Shown here: positions 1-8,615 of the stretch, piece after piece
Layout: the number at the start of each line of letters is the position of its first letter
Position numbering within the stretch: the first letter of the stretch is position 1
Assembly: GCA_964566795.1 (NCBI GenBank)
Contig: CAZMIU010000001.1
Coordinates: forward strand, 214,789-278,788
Direction of reading: 5' to 3'
DNA length: 64,000 nt
From: an uncultured Candidatus Saccharibacteria bacterium
GTDB lineage: Bacteria; Patescibacteriota; Minisyncoccia; Phycocordibacterales; SBAW01
Made by a program: the position numbers and the translations under genes
Notes under the pieces: generated by a model
Database searches by the model: none
What the model saw: the letters and a program-made list of their open reading frames with translations, nothing else
What the model was told of the DNA's origin: nothing

Positions 1-283
1 CGGCCAGATCCTTAACCCCGTCGTTGTCGTTGTCGATAGTATCCAGACACTGCGGCAAGGGGCCGGGCTCGGTCGGCTCGCCGGAGTTGCAGTAGTCGTT
101 CTGCGGATTAAACGGTAGGTCTGGGCCCAGTTGCTGGTCTACATAGCAGATAATCTGCTCTGCCATAGTCGCGGCCTGTGCCTGTTGCACAGACGCAGAC
201 AGCGCAAACCCAAACAGGGACGCAACAAGCGCCAGCGCTGCAAGCACGCTTGTGGTCTTGAGTAGTAATGGATGCGTGTTCAT
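1..283 (-). CDS. N-terminal part of a secreted Asp-rich (DNDNDG) calcium-binding repeat protein; the gene runs off the window edge
   Basis: Reverse-strand ATG at 281-283 gives MNTHPLLLKTTSVLAALALVASLFGFALSASVQQAQAATMAEQIICYVDQQLGPDLPFNPQNDYCNSGEP...CLDTIDNDNDGVKD. This is a signal peptide plus the same N-terminal architecture as the 12443..13915 protein. It is absent from the ORF track because it is truncated by the window edge. Confidence 0.5.
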   Translation of the reverse strand, partial: MNTHPLLLKTTSVLAALALVASLFGFALSASVQQAQAATMAEQIICYVDQQLGPDLPFNPQNDYCNSGEPTEPGPLPQCLDTIDNDNDGVKDLA

Positions 284-410
284 ATACTGATACCTAAGCT
301 CTTAAAAGTAATACGCGCCCTGCATACAGGTGCCGCTACGACCAGTATGGTCACAGGCCGCTGAACCGAGTATGAAAGATTCACTGCCAAAATTTCAGGT
401 GCGCTACAGA

Positions 411-444
411 AAACACCGCCCCCAACCGGGGCGGTGTTTTGATG
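411..444 (-). terminator. Rho-independent terminator (bidirectional hairpin) downstream of the 451..957 gene
   Basis: aaaacaccgccccaaccggggcggtgtttt is a GC stem flanked by an A-run and a T-run. Confidence 0.6.
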
Positions 445-450
445 CGGGAG

Positions 451-957
451 TTATATAAACCAGTTTAGGATGCTGGCAAAAAAGGTTTGTACTGCCAATA
501 CAATAGATGCGCCCAGTGTCAGCTCTTCTTTAACAGGAGTCGTTGACGCAGGCTCGGCTACCGCCACAGAGGTGGACGCACCAGGCTCTGTAGATACATC
601 AGCTGCAGGTATCACCCTCTGCTCGATCACTTTGCCGTTTGCCTCGTCCTTTATATCTACTGTTGTGGCCTTAGGGGTTGCCTGCACGCGCACCTCAACA
701 TTAGACGAGGTGGAGGTATAGGTCTCCTCGTGTACCTCGCCGTTGGCGTTTGTCTTTATATAGATGCTCGAGGTCGAGGAGCCCGAGACATTGCTGGTCG
801 AGACAGACGCAGAGGTTGCTCCGGTGCTAACAACCCCGCCCGGGCCCACCGTGTTGCCGCCGGTTTGGGACGAGGCGCTGGTGTGGCTCTGTATATCGGC
901 GCTGGCAAAAGCCGGCAGAGCCAGAGCAACAATGGTTGTAACAATGAGTGCGCGCAT
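451..957 (-). CDS. Ser/Thr-rich secreted protein with a C-terminal hydrophobic segment
   Basis: ORF 451..1029 trimmed to the internal Met (MRALIVTTIVALALPAFASA signal peptide). Composition is low-complexity S/T-rich. The C-terminus LGASIVLAVQTFFASILNWFI is hydrophobic. Confidence 0.5.
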   Translation of the reverse strand: MRALIVTTIVALALPAFASADIQSHTSASSQTGGNTVGPGGVVSTGATSASVSTSNVSGSSTSSIYIKTNANGEVHEETYTSTSSNVEVRVQATPKATTVDIKDEANGKVIEQRVIPAADVSTEPGASTSVAVAEPASTTPVKEELTLGASIVLAVQTFFASILNWFI

Positions 958-1003
958 ATCAGGGTAGTGTACTGCCCTGCCCCTGCCTGTATACAGCGGG
1001 GGT

Positions 1004-3790
1004 CTACAGAGCAGGCGTGCCGCAGGCAATAGTGCGGATCTTCTTTATCGTCATGCCTCCTACCGTGCCTGTGGGGTTTGCCAGGCCAATGGGTGTCAGG
1101 ATGTCGGCAGCGTAGGTCTTCTGGAAGGTGTTAACCGCTGCGCGGGTCATCGGGCCAAAGAAGCCGGTCGGAGGCAGCGTTGTGGCCTGGTGCGCGTTGA
1201 GGAAGTTCTGCAGCTTTACAACCTCGGGGTTGGTCATGCCGTAGCGCAGGGTCTGGCTCACAGCCAGGCTGCAGTCTATGGCCGCACCCAACACCGCGCC
1301 CGCACCGCCAAGCGACACGGTAGCCTCGCCCGATATAGGGTCAAACGGCTTGCCCTGTGTGCCCGAGCTAAAGCGCTTGCCGGTTATCGTGGCCTTGTTG
1401 CGGTAGGAGCCGGGCACGGTCGATGTGGCAAACTCGACAGAGTAGGTGAGCGTAATCTGCTCGCCGGCATCCATGGGGCCAATGTCCCACGAGCGCTCGT
1501 ACAAGACACTGCCAGTCGGGTCGTAGAGCACATCAGAGAGCTTGCCGTCGTACAGCGGGCCGGCCTTCTCAAGGTTGGTTATAACGACCTTGTAGTCGAC
1601 CAGTGCAGGCGTGGTTGTGCTTACGCGCACCACCTCCTTGACCACCGATATGTCGGGGTTTTTGCCGGAGGCAACCGCAACCGCCAGGTTGGACGAGGCC
1701 TTAATCTTGCCACTCTTGCCACCACCCCCGCCGCCACCGCCACCTCCGCCGCCGCCAGACGCAGGCGGAGCCTGCACCTCGACAGTTGCGATAGTAAACG
1801 ATGCTTCTGCGTTGCTGCCGTTGCCGTCGCTCAGCGCGGTAACCGCCACAGGGACAGTCACGCCGGTGCCCGCCGGTATATCGCCCACGGTTGCCGGATA
1901 GGTAAATGTCTCAGACTCGCCGCGGTGTACGGTGGGCAGGCGCCACTCCCGGCCCGTATCGGTGCTGTCGCCCTCTGTGTCGGCAAAGGCGAGTTTGCTC
2001 TTGTCGTAGTCGGCCTTAAGCACAATGTCGTCTGCATCGCGGTCGCCGTTGTTGGTGATAGTAAACTCGTACGCGATAGTACTGCCCGGCGCTACTGCCG
2101 CCGGAGCAACCGTCTTGGCCGAGAGCGCAAGCGCCGACTTGCCAAACGAGATGTCGCCGTTCCAGTTGCCCAGCACGTTAAACAGGGCAAAGATCCAGTT
2201 GCGGCCCACAATGTTGGTGTTGATGATGTTGACCAGATTGGCAATAGCGTAGGCGTCACCCGAGATAATATGCGACGTACCATCCTCGGTCACGGTCAGG
2301 TTGCGGCCCGTGTTGGCACCCACATCTATGTCGTTCTCGACAACTGCGCTATTGGTAGAGGAGGCCACCATGGTCGAGGAGTTGTAGCAGTTGTTGATAG
2401 GACCCTCGTCCTCGTCACAGTTGGCCACAGCAGCGCTCTCCGGGTGTTGCAGGCCCTCCGGGTCGCCCTCGGTCGCATCCTCCAAAGAGTCCTCGTTGGT
2501 TACAAGTACCAAGGTTGAGGTAGAGGTGACGCCTGCCGGAGTAGTGGACACATCGTACATCTTAAGGAAGTTCAGCCCCTCAGGAAGTGACTTGGCCGTG
2601 CCCATCCACTCGCCCGCGACACGGAACATAAAGAAGGCCGACGTGCCGCCGACATAATTCTTGTTCATATCGGTAAACTCGGTCGACTGGCTGTATGCGT
2701 CGCCTGTCATCACGACACCGCTGCCCTCGCCCGTTGTCGAGGCCATGTTCTCGCCCGTATTGGCGTTGGTAAGCACGTCGCCGGTGGTGGTGCCGTAGTT
2801 CTCATTATTTATGAGTGCATAGCTGGAGTTCATCTCCGGGGCCGAGCCGCCGCGTGCAAAAAGGTCTACAAAGAAGCTGCCTCCCGGGAGCGTAATGTCG
2901 CCATCCAGGTCGCCAAAGTTGTTGAAGGCGACCATCAGGTAGCTCGAGTTGATGATGTTGGTGTTAACTAGGTTGACCACGTTGGCACCGGCATACGCGT
3001 CGCCGGATGTAATCTCCGCATCGCCATCGCCCGAGGTGGTTGCGGTGTTGCCGCCCGCATCGGCGCGCACAATAACCGTGTTGGTTACAGTAGCGGTATT
3101 GCCGCTCTCTACCAAAAGGTTGGATGAGTTAAGGCAGGTAAGCAAGGTGCACTGCTCTTCGCCCGTCTCCGGGTTTACTGTCGGAGATGAGCCCGCCTCC
3201 CCGTCAAAAAAGTAGGAGAGGTTGTAGTCGCGCAAGTCAAGCCCGGTACTAAACATCTGGTTGAGGAAGATAATGAGGCCGGTGGAGTTAAAGATGTTGG
3301 TGTTAATAAGGTTGATGACATTGGCAAATGCAAAGGCGCCGCCGGTTACTACCGTTGCCGTGCCCTGCCCGCCCTGGGCAACGTTGTCGCCTGTAGATGC
3401 GGTTGAGGTCGAGAAGTTGGCTACCAGCGCCTCGTTAGATGAGGTGGCGTGGATCTCAGAGGAATTGGTGCACTGCTTGTCGGAGTCCGGGGAGAGCGGG
3501 TCGCAGGCGGCGTCCGGGTCTACGTTGTTGGTGTTAAGCGTGTCCTCTACCGAGGTAGACGCGTACGCGTTGCCTGTGTTGATGGTGCCGCCCACATCGT
3601 GCTGGCCGCCGGTGCCATCGGAGGATGTCGCAATAACCTGGCCGGAATTGGCGCCATTCTCGCCGTCTGGTGTCACCACATCCTCATTGTCTGCACGCAC
3701 CGGCGCCACAAAGGCAAACAAAACTACAAAAAGTAAAGAGAGGGCGAAGGAGATAAAGAATGCCTTGCGGGATGTGTGTGTATGTGTCAT
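1004..3790 (-). CDS. 928-aa secreted repeat protein with four copies of a (S/T)GDAYAxANxVNxxNTNI-type repeat, a DUF11-like segment, a poly-Gly linker and a C-terminal putative peptidoglycan-binding domain
   Basis: N-terminal signal peptide (…FVAPVRA/DNE). Repeats: TGGAFAFANVINLINTNIF, SGDAYAGANVVNLVNTNIINSS, SGDAYAIANLVNIINTNIVG. TITNNGDRDADDIVLKADYD resembles the DUF11 conserved repeat. A G13 tract is present. The C-terminal LQNFLNAHQATTLPPTGFFGPMTRAAVNTFQKTYAADILTPIG looks like a PG_binding_1 module. Confidence 0.8.
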   Translation of the reverse strand: MTHTHTSRKAFFISFALSLLFVVLFAFVAPVRADNEDVVTPDGENGANSGQVIATSSDGTGGQHDVGGTINTGNAYASTSVEDTLNTNNVDPDAACDPLSPDSDKQCTNSSEIHATSSNEALVANFSTSTASTGDNVAQGGQGTATVVTGGAFAFANVINLINTNIFNSTGLIIFLNQMFSTGLDLRDYNLSYFFDGEAGSSPTVNPETGEEQCTLLTCLNSSNLLVESGNTATVTNTVIVRADAGGNTATTSGDGDAEITSGDAYAGANVVNLVNTNIINSSYLMVAFNNFGDLDGDITLPGGSFFVDLFARGGSAPEMNSSYALINNENYGTTTGDVLTNANTGENMASTTGEGSGVVMTGDAYSQSTEFTDMNKNYVGGTSAFFMFRVAGEWMGTAKSLPEGLNFLKMYDVSTTPAGVTSTSTLVLVTNEDSLEDATEGDPEGLQHPESAAVANCDEDEGPINNCYNSSTMVASSTNSAVVENDIDVGANTGRNLTVTEDGTSHIISGDAYAIANLVNIINTNIVGRNWIFALFNVLGNWNGDISFGKSALALSAKTVAPAAVAPGSTIAYEFTITNNGDRDADDIVLKADYDKSKLAFADTEGDSTDTGREWRLPTVHRGESETFTYPATVGDIPAGTGVTVPVAVTALSDGNGSNAEASFTIATVEVQAPPASGGGGGGGGGGGGGKSGKIKASSNLAVAVASGKNPDISVVKEVVRVSTTTPALVDYKVVITNLEKAGPLYDGKLSDVLYDPTGSVLYERSWDIGPMDAGEQITLTYSVEFATSTVPGSYRNKATITGKRFSSGTQGKPFDPISGEATVSLGGAGAVLGAAIDCSLAVSQTLRYGMTNPEVVKLQNFLNAHQATTLPPTGFFGPMTRAAVNTFQKTYAADILTPIGLANPTGTVGGMTIKKIRTIACGTPAL
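1719..1757. repeat. Near-homopolymeric (GGN)13 / (CCN)13 triplet tract that encodes Gly13 inside the 928-aa gene
   Basis: ccaccacccccgccgccaccgccacctccgccgccgcc. On the coding (-) strand it translates to GGGGGGGGGGGGG. Confidence 0.7.
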
Positions 3791-3886
3791 GTCGTTGTGA
3801 GTTAATGCCCTCTCTGAAGTCTCGTATGTCTAGCACATACAAGGCCTCATGAGAAGGGGGAACGTGAGTTCCCCAATCTCTTTAAA

Positions 3887-4579
3887 CTAGATGCGAACGC
3901 GGAGGAAGTTGGTGTTGAGAACGTTGACTGCACCCGAGTTCGTAGTCGAGTTGCCAGTGCGTACCTCGCCGCCTACGCCACCTGCGCCACCATGGCCGCC
4001 TGCACCGCCGGTACCAGAGGTTGCATCGCCGTTGTTGGAGCCAGCAGCCTTGGTTGCAGAACCAGAGTTGCCACCCTCCTCGCCATCGCCGCCAGTCGAG
4101 CCGACTGCTGCGTTAAGGCCAGTAGATGCAAGAGCAGTGGTAGTCTCGTTGATGTTACCAGCGTTAGCCTGTGCTGCGACTGCCGACGAGCTGTTGAGGC
4201 CGCCGTTTACGCGAACACGGGTGTTGTTGCTGTTAGCAGTGTTGATTGCACCAGCGTCTGCCGAGGCAGAGCCGGTTACAACCAAGCCGCCTGCACCGCC
4301 GTTGCCGCCGTTGCCGCCGGAACCTGCGTTGCCTGAGGTTGCATTACCCTGGCTGCCGCTGTTTACAGAGGAGCCCGAGTTGCCACCCTCATCGCCATCG
4401 CCGCCAGTCGAGCCACCTGCCAAGTTGAGGCCGGTGTTCGAGATGGCAGAGGTGTTGCTCGTTACGTTACCCGAGTTCGAGTTGCTGATAACGAGGGAGC
4501 TGCTGTTGACTGCTGCGAGGGCCGGAGTCGCGGTTGCGAGCATGCCGAGCGCAGTGAGTGCTGCAAGAGTTTTCTTCAT
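3887..4579 (-). CDS. Gly/Ser/Asn-rich secreted low-complexity protein with an internal duplication and a C-terminal NVLNTNF motif
   Basis: Signal peptide MKKTLAALTALGMLATATPALA. Two ~75-aa internal repeats (TGLNLAGGSTGGDGDEGGNSGS… and TGLNAAVGSTGGDGEEGGNSGS…). The C-terminal GAVNVLNTNFLRV matches the NxVNxxNTNI repeat of the 928-aa protein. Confidence 0.65.
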   Translation of the reverse strand: MKKTLAALTALGMLATATPALAAVNSSSLVISNSNSGNVTSNTSAISNTGLNLAGGSTGGDGDEGGNSGSSVNSGSQGNATSGNAGSGGNGGNGGAGGLVVTGSASADAGAINTANSNNTRVRVNGGLNSSSAVAAQANAGNINETTTALASTGLNAAVGSTGGDGEEGGNSGSATKAAGSNNGDATSGTGGAGGHGGAGGVGGEVRTGNSTTNSGAVNVLNTNFLRVRI

Positions 4580-5200
4580 ATACTTTCTTTCAGAATTAAT
4601 TAATTGTTTATAAACCCGGCATCCTGCCTCCGTACGGCAAGCATGATGCGCGGTGCATCGACCAGCGTGTGAGCCACAAGCCTTTCAGCGTGCAGCCCAC
4701 GGCACAGCCAGCACTAATAGTGCGGACTATGCTCTGAACTCCACATGAATTCCCCATCTAAATGAACTTGTATTTCAAGAAACAAAAAACGCGAAGCCCG
4801 CCCACGGCGGATACCTCGCTTGTCTACACTGCTGTGTATTGTCGTGCGGTCATATACCTAACCGCTGGTTTCCCTGCACAACAGGTGCAAAACTGTCGCG
4901 CACAGGAATTATCCTACCGCCCTATAGGCGCGTCAATGCAAAAGCAGGCAAAAAACCCACTGCGCATACACAAAACGCGCCTGTCAAAATTGACAAGCGC
5001 GATTAATTAAGACATCACGTGCTTTTTCGTATAAAAATGTCTGGCGATTTATACTGTACAACAGGAGTACGATTTTGGAGAGGGCCCAAGTCCTAGGGAA
5101 ACCAGCGAAAAGCTGTCGGACACGGGCCCACTCCAGAATCTTACGCGCTCAAACACTCCCCATAGGAGATGAGCGGATACTACTGGAGCTTGCACGTCTG

Positions 5201-6226
5201 TCAATCTTGAGCGGGCTCCCCTTCTTGTGGTGTAGCTTGCTCCTGAGGCGCCTCAGGCTCTTGCAGAGCCTCGGTCTTAGGCTCTTGCAAAGACTCCGGC
5301 TGCGGCTCCTCAACCTGCAGCGGTTCTAGCTCTACAACAGGGGGCTCCTCTTGTATAGCCGGCGGCGTTGTTGACGCCTGCTCGCCCAACACCTCGCCGC
5401 TTTGCCCATGAGTCTTAGTCGTAGTTGCTGTTGTCGTTGCCGTGTCGTCTAAAGCCGGCTGCGCAAAACTTTCTATACTAAACGGGTTTACAAACGGGAC
5501 CACGGGCATGGGCGCCCATGTTGTTGCGGCAAGCAGGTTGCCCGAGGTGTACTCTTGGTCGGCAAACAGTGCCAACGTGTGCCCCGCGTACGTAAGGCCA
5601 AACACCACTGCCAGCATGAGCGACACTGCCGCTCCTATGCTGCCGCCGTGTTTTTGTGTCCGCCGCTGCACCGTACCCACAACAAACATGTCGTCCATAG
5701 TGCGCACGCGCGCGTAGCGCACAACACGCTGTGGCTTGGGCTGCCGCGCACCCCTAAGCGCCTGCCACAGCGCCACAGACTCATCGACAATAACCATAAG
5801 CGCCGGCAAACCAATAAGGAGCGCAAAGCCCAGGGGTTGGCGCGCAAAGTGGAGTACAAACCCGGCGTAAGGCACGGTTAGCCACACCTTGCCTACAACT
5901 TTCTGCGCCGCCGCCACCTGGCTGTCCGGCTCCTCGTTGGCGTCGCCTTTGGTGGTGTACCCCGCCTCTCCCTGCGCCACAATGCGGTGCGTGGTGGGTA
6001 CGCGCTTACCGTCGTTAAATGTAATGACATCGCCCACCTGGTAGTGCGCGGCGGGCTTTATAAACACCAGGGCCCCCACAGGTATGGCAGGCTCCATAGA
6101 GCCCGACTGCACAATTTTTGACTCGATACCCCCCGGTATAGGCAGCATGCTCGACATAAACACTGCGCCCACAGCAAGCAGCGCCAGGGTTATAAACAAC
6201 TGGAGTATCTGGGTAAGCCGTTTCAT
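5201..6226 (-). CDS. sipW: Archaeal/eukaryotic-type (S26B, SipW-like) signal peptidase I with a ~160-aa C-terminal extension
   Basis: The SGSMEP catalytic-Ser motif, VGDVITF, THRIV, TKGDANEEPD and VPYAGFVLH are SipW hallmarks. An N-terminal TM is present. The extension carries extra TM segments and an acidic Pro/Glu-rich tail (EPLQVEEPQPESLQEPKTEALQEPEAPQEQ). Confidence 0.8.
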   Translation of the reverse strand: MKRLTQILQLFITLALLAVGAVFMSSMLPIPGGIESKIVQSGSMEPAIPVGALVFIKPAAHYQVGDVITFNDGKRVPTTHRIVAQGEAGYTTKGDANEEPDSQVAAAQKVVGKVWLTVPYAGFVLHFARQPLGFALLIGLPALMVIVDESVALWQALRGARQPKPQRVVRYARVRTMDDMFVVGTVQRRTQKHGGSIGAAVSLMLAVVFGLTYAGHTLALFADQEYTSGNLLAATTWAPMPVVPFVNPFSIESFAQPALDDTATTTATTTKTHGQSGEVLGEQASTTPPAIQEEPPVVELEPLQVEEPQPESLQEPKTEALQEPEAPQEQATPQEGEPAQD

Positions 6227-6229
6227 ATA

Positions 6230-7168
6230 TTAGCGGTTGCGGGTTGGGACACTGCGGTCGGTGCGAACCTGCGGGCCAGCCTGCACCGGCGGCGGGAAGC
6301 CGTTGGGGCACTCGGTAGTGTAGCGGGGCAGCGGCCAGCCAAAGGTGGCAACTGTTTTGCACTTAACAAACAGGCCTATTTGCTCGCCGAGCCCCGGGGT
6401 TTTGGGCGTGGTGGTTGCCGGCTCGCCGCCCAAGCTGCACAAAAATGTGGGCTGCTCAGAGGCCACCGCCGCCTGGAGCCCCACATTGACAGAAAATGAG
6501 TCGCTCTGGGCCACGTTGCCGAGTGCCGAGCCGTCGCAACTTATCTGTGCGGTGGGCACGTTTACCGAGAGGTTGCCGGCACACCAGGCAATGCCTACAT
6601 ACTTGGTAACACCCGCGGGTATGGGCACGCCAGAGCCCGCATCGGCAAGCGCGTAGGTTGTAGATGCGAGCACTGTGGCAGCACTTTGCACTCCGGTGCC
6701 AAACAGCGGCTGCTCCCCCACCTCAAACACGTTGTCGCCGTCGTCACGCCAGGAAAAGAACTCCATGCCCTCTGCAAGCTCTCCTTTGTCTGCCGGGATG
6801 CTGGCATCGACCGGGTCCTCGGGCTCGTTCTCGCCGTTTTCCAAGCTGATGAGGTTGCTAAACTGCAGGCACATCCATGCGGGTTTGTTTACATGGAGGC
6901 TAATGGTGCTGTTGCCTTGGTCGCCCGGCATGATGTTTGAGAAGTTAAAGAACTTGTCTACACCGGGCACCAGGTTTTTTAGGTCCCACGTGGCCGCGGG
7001 TACAGGTAAGCCGTTGTAGCTGGCTTTGCTGTCGAGCTCTAGGCTAAAGCCGTTTGGCGCGGCAAAGGTTATGCCGGGTGCGGCCTGCGCGAGCAGGGCG
7101 AGGGAGCCCACTAGCACCAGCGTGGTGCCAATGAGTCCTACGTGCTTGAGCGTGCGTGCCAAGTGCAT
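6230..7168 (-). CDS. TasA/camelysin-like paralog without the AFFSD motif (TapA-like accessory candidate)
   Basis: It shares the post-signal region with its neighbours (KFFNFSNIMPGDQGNSTISLHV…AWMC versus KFFDFADLKPGDWGEDTIGLFV…YLCA). Its signal region is AQAAPGITFAAPNGFSLELD. Confidence 0.6.
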   Translation of the reverse strand: MHLARTLKHVGLIGTTLVLVGSLALLAQAAPGITFAAPNGFSLELDSKASYNGLPVPAATWDLKNLVPGVDKFFNFSNIMPGDQGNSTISLHVNKPAWMCLQFSNLISLENGENEPEDPVDASIPADKGELAEGMEFFSWRDDGDNVFEVGEQPLFGTGVQSAATVLASTTYALADAGSGVPIPAGVTKYVGIAWCAGNLSVNVPTAQISCDGSALGNVAQSDSFSVNVGLQAAVASEQPTFLCSLGGEPATTTPKTPGLGEQIGLFVKCKTVATFGWPLPRYTTECPNGFPPPVQAGPQVRTDRSVPTRNR

Positions 7169-7174
7169 TGTGGG

Positions 7175-8527
7175 TTAGGGTGTCGGGATGCCGCAGTGGA
7201 GAGCCTCTATGGCGTCTAAGTCGTATGCGTCTGCATCGTTGGGAAACAAGGCTACGTTGCTTGCGTCGGTAATGCGCACGTATTGCGCCCATGCCAAACC
7301 AGATGAGCTTATGTCTATCTCTGCGTCGCGGGTGTACACACCTGCAACCGGTTGGTATGTGACGCCGTTTTGGCTGACCTCAACGGTTATCTTTTCGTCC
7401 GGATATACGCCGCCGGTGACCTCGTACACTTTCAGATCGGCTCCAACCTCATCAAGCACGACGTTGTCGCCAAAGTTAAGCACTACGCTGCCGTGTGGAG
7501 GCCCGCCCGGCTTAAACCCAAGGCTCAGGAACGAGCTTGCAGGAAACCCTACGTCAGACGCAGCACCACTTGTCTGAGGAGCGCCAGTGGCAGCGGCAAT
7601 AACCGAGCGGTTTGCGAGCACTGCTGCCCCACTCTTTTGCGTACCCTGGCTTAGATCATTGCCGGAATCAGCATACTTTTGATTGCCCGTGCACTCGCCA
7701 AAGGTTGGGGTATCGTCCTCGACACAGACAAAGCTGTCGTTGTTGCGGGACTGCACCGCGCTAAACGCAATGTCTGCGGTAAGCGAGTCGGTTTGGGTGG
7801 TGTTGTTAAGCCCCGAGCCGTCGCATGATATGCCGCCGGAGGAGTTGGCGGGTGACTGCGGGCTGTTGATACCAAGCCCATCCTGCGCAAGCGGAGCGAG
7901 CGTAAGCGTGCCAAAGCACCACGCCTTGCCAATGTAGTGCGCCCATCCTCCCTGTACGGGGCCCGGAGCCTGACCTGGGTTCCAGATGTTGAGCGTGCTG
8001 TCGGCAAGCGTAACTGTGGTAGTGACCCCAAGCGTGAGCGCACCTATGGGGCCCTGCGATATGGGCGCCTCGTCGCTCTCCAACACGTTGTCGCCGTCGT
8101 CTGCCCACCAGACAAAGTTGACCTCGCCCGCAAGCTCGCCCTGCCCTGCGCCGTCGGTTGCGTCGCCGTCCAGACTCTCGGGCTCGTTTATGCCGTTGTC
8201 GTCGTTGCTGGTGAGCGATATGTCGGCACACAGGTAGGAGTCGTTTGTCTCGACAAAGAGCCCAATGGTGTCCTCGCCCCAGTCGCCGGGCTTGAGGTCG
8301 GCAAAGTCAAAAAACTTTTGCATCACCAGGTCGGCAAAGTCCCACGATGTTGCGGGCGAGGGGGCGCCGTTGTAGTAGCTTTCGTTGGCTACGGTTAGGT
8401 TTATCTCGCCTGCGGCAAAGATGTTGGCGACCGATGTCTCGCTGTCGCTAAAAAATGCGCTTGTACCCGCAACCAGCACGGTGCCCGCGAGCAGAACGGA
8501 ACCAAGGCTGAGCAGTATGCTTTTCAT
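7175..8527 (-). CDS. TasA/CalY (camelysin, peptidase M73 family)-like secreted protein with a SipW-cognate signal peptide
   Basis: N-terminus …AGTVLVAGTSAFFSDSETSVANIFAAGEINLTV matches the SipW-cognate class signal consensus (compare CalY GGGTFAFFSDKEVSNNTFAAGTLDL). Paralogous to 8616..10139. Confidence 0.8.
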   Translation of the reverse strand: MKSILLSLGSVLLAGTVLVAGTSAFFSDSETSVANIFAAGEINLTVANESYYNGAPSPATSWDFADLVMQKFFDFADLKPGDWGEDTIGLFVETNDSYLCADISLTSNDDNGINEPESLDGDATDGAGQGELAGEVNFVWWADDGDNVLESDEAPISQGPIGALTLGVTTTVTLADSTLNIWNPGQAPGPVQGGWAHYIGKAWCFGTLTLAPLAQDGLGINSPQSPANSSGGISCDGSGLNNTTQTDSLTADIAFSAVQSRNNDSFVCVEDDTPTFGECTGNQKYADSGNDLSQGTQKSGAAVLANRSVIAAATGAPQTSGAASDVGFPASSFLSLGFKPGGPPHGSVVLNFGDNVVLDEVGADLKVYEVTGGVYPDEKITVEVSQNGVTYQPVAGVYTRDAEIDISSSGLAWAQYVRITDASNVALFPNDADAYDLDAIEALHCGIPTP

Positions 8528-8615
8528 CGCTTGTAAAAATGAGCTTATAAGGCGCCGGGTTCCCCTCCAGCCCGCCCAGCACGAGTTGCCTCATGCTGGG
8601 TACGGCTTGATAGGA

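Noticed and set aside
1190-2518. Long plus-strand ORF (442 aa) and many other 60-260-aa ORFs antisense to annotated genes (for example 3891..4613, 18687..19481, 52689..54158 and 62692..63483).
   Set aside because: High GC content suppresses stop codons on the antisense strand. These ORFs have Arg/Ala/Pro/Gly-rich, low-complexity translations with no motifs, and they overlap genes that have clear homology on the other strand.
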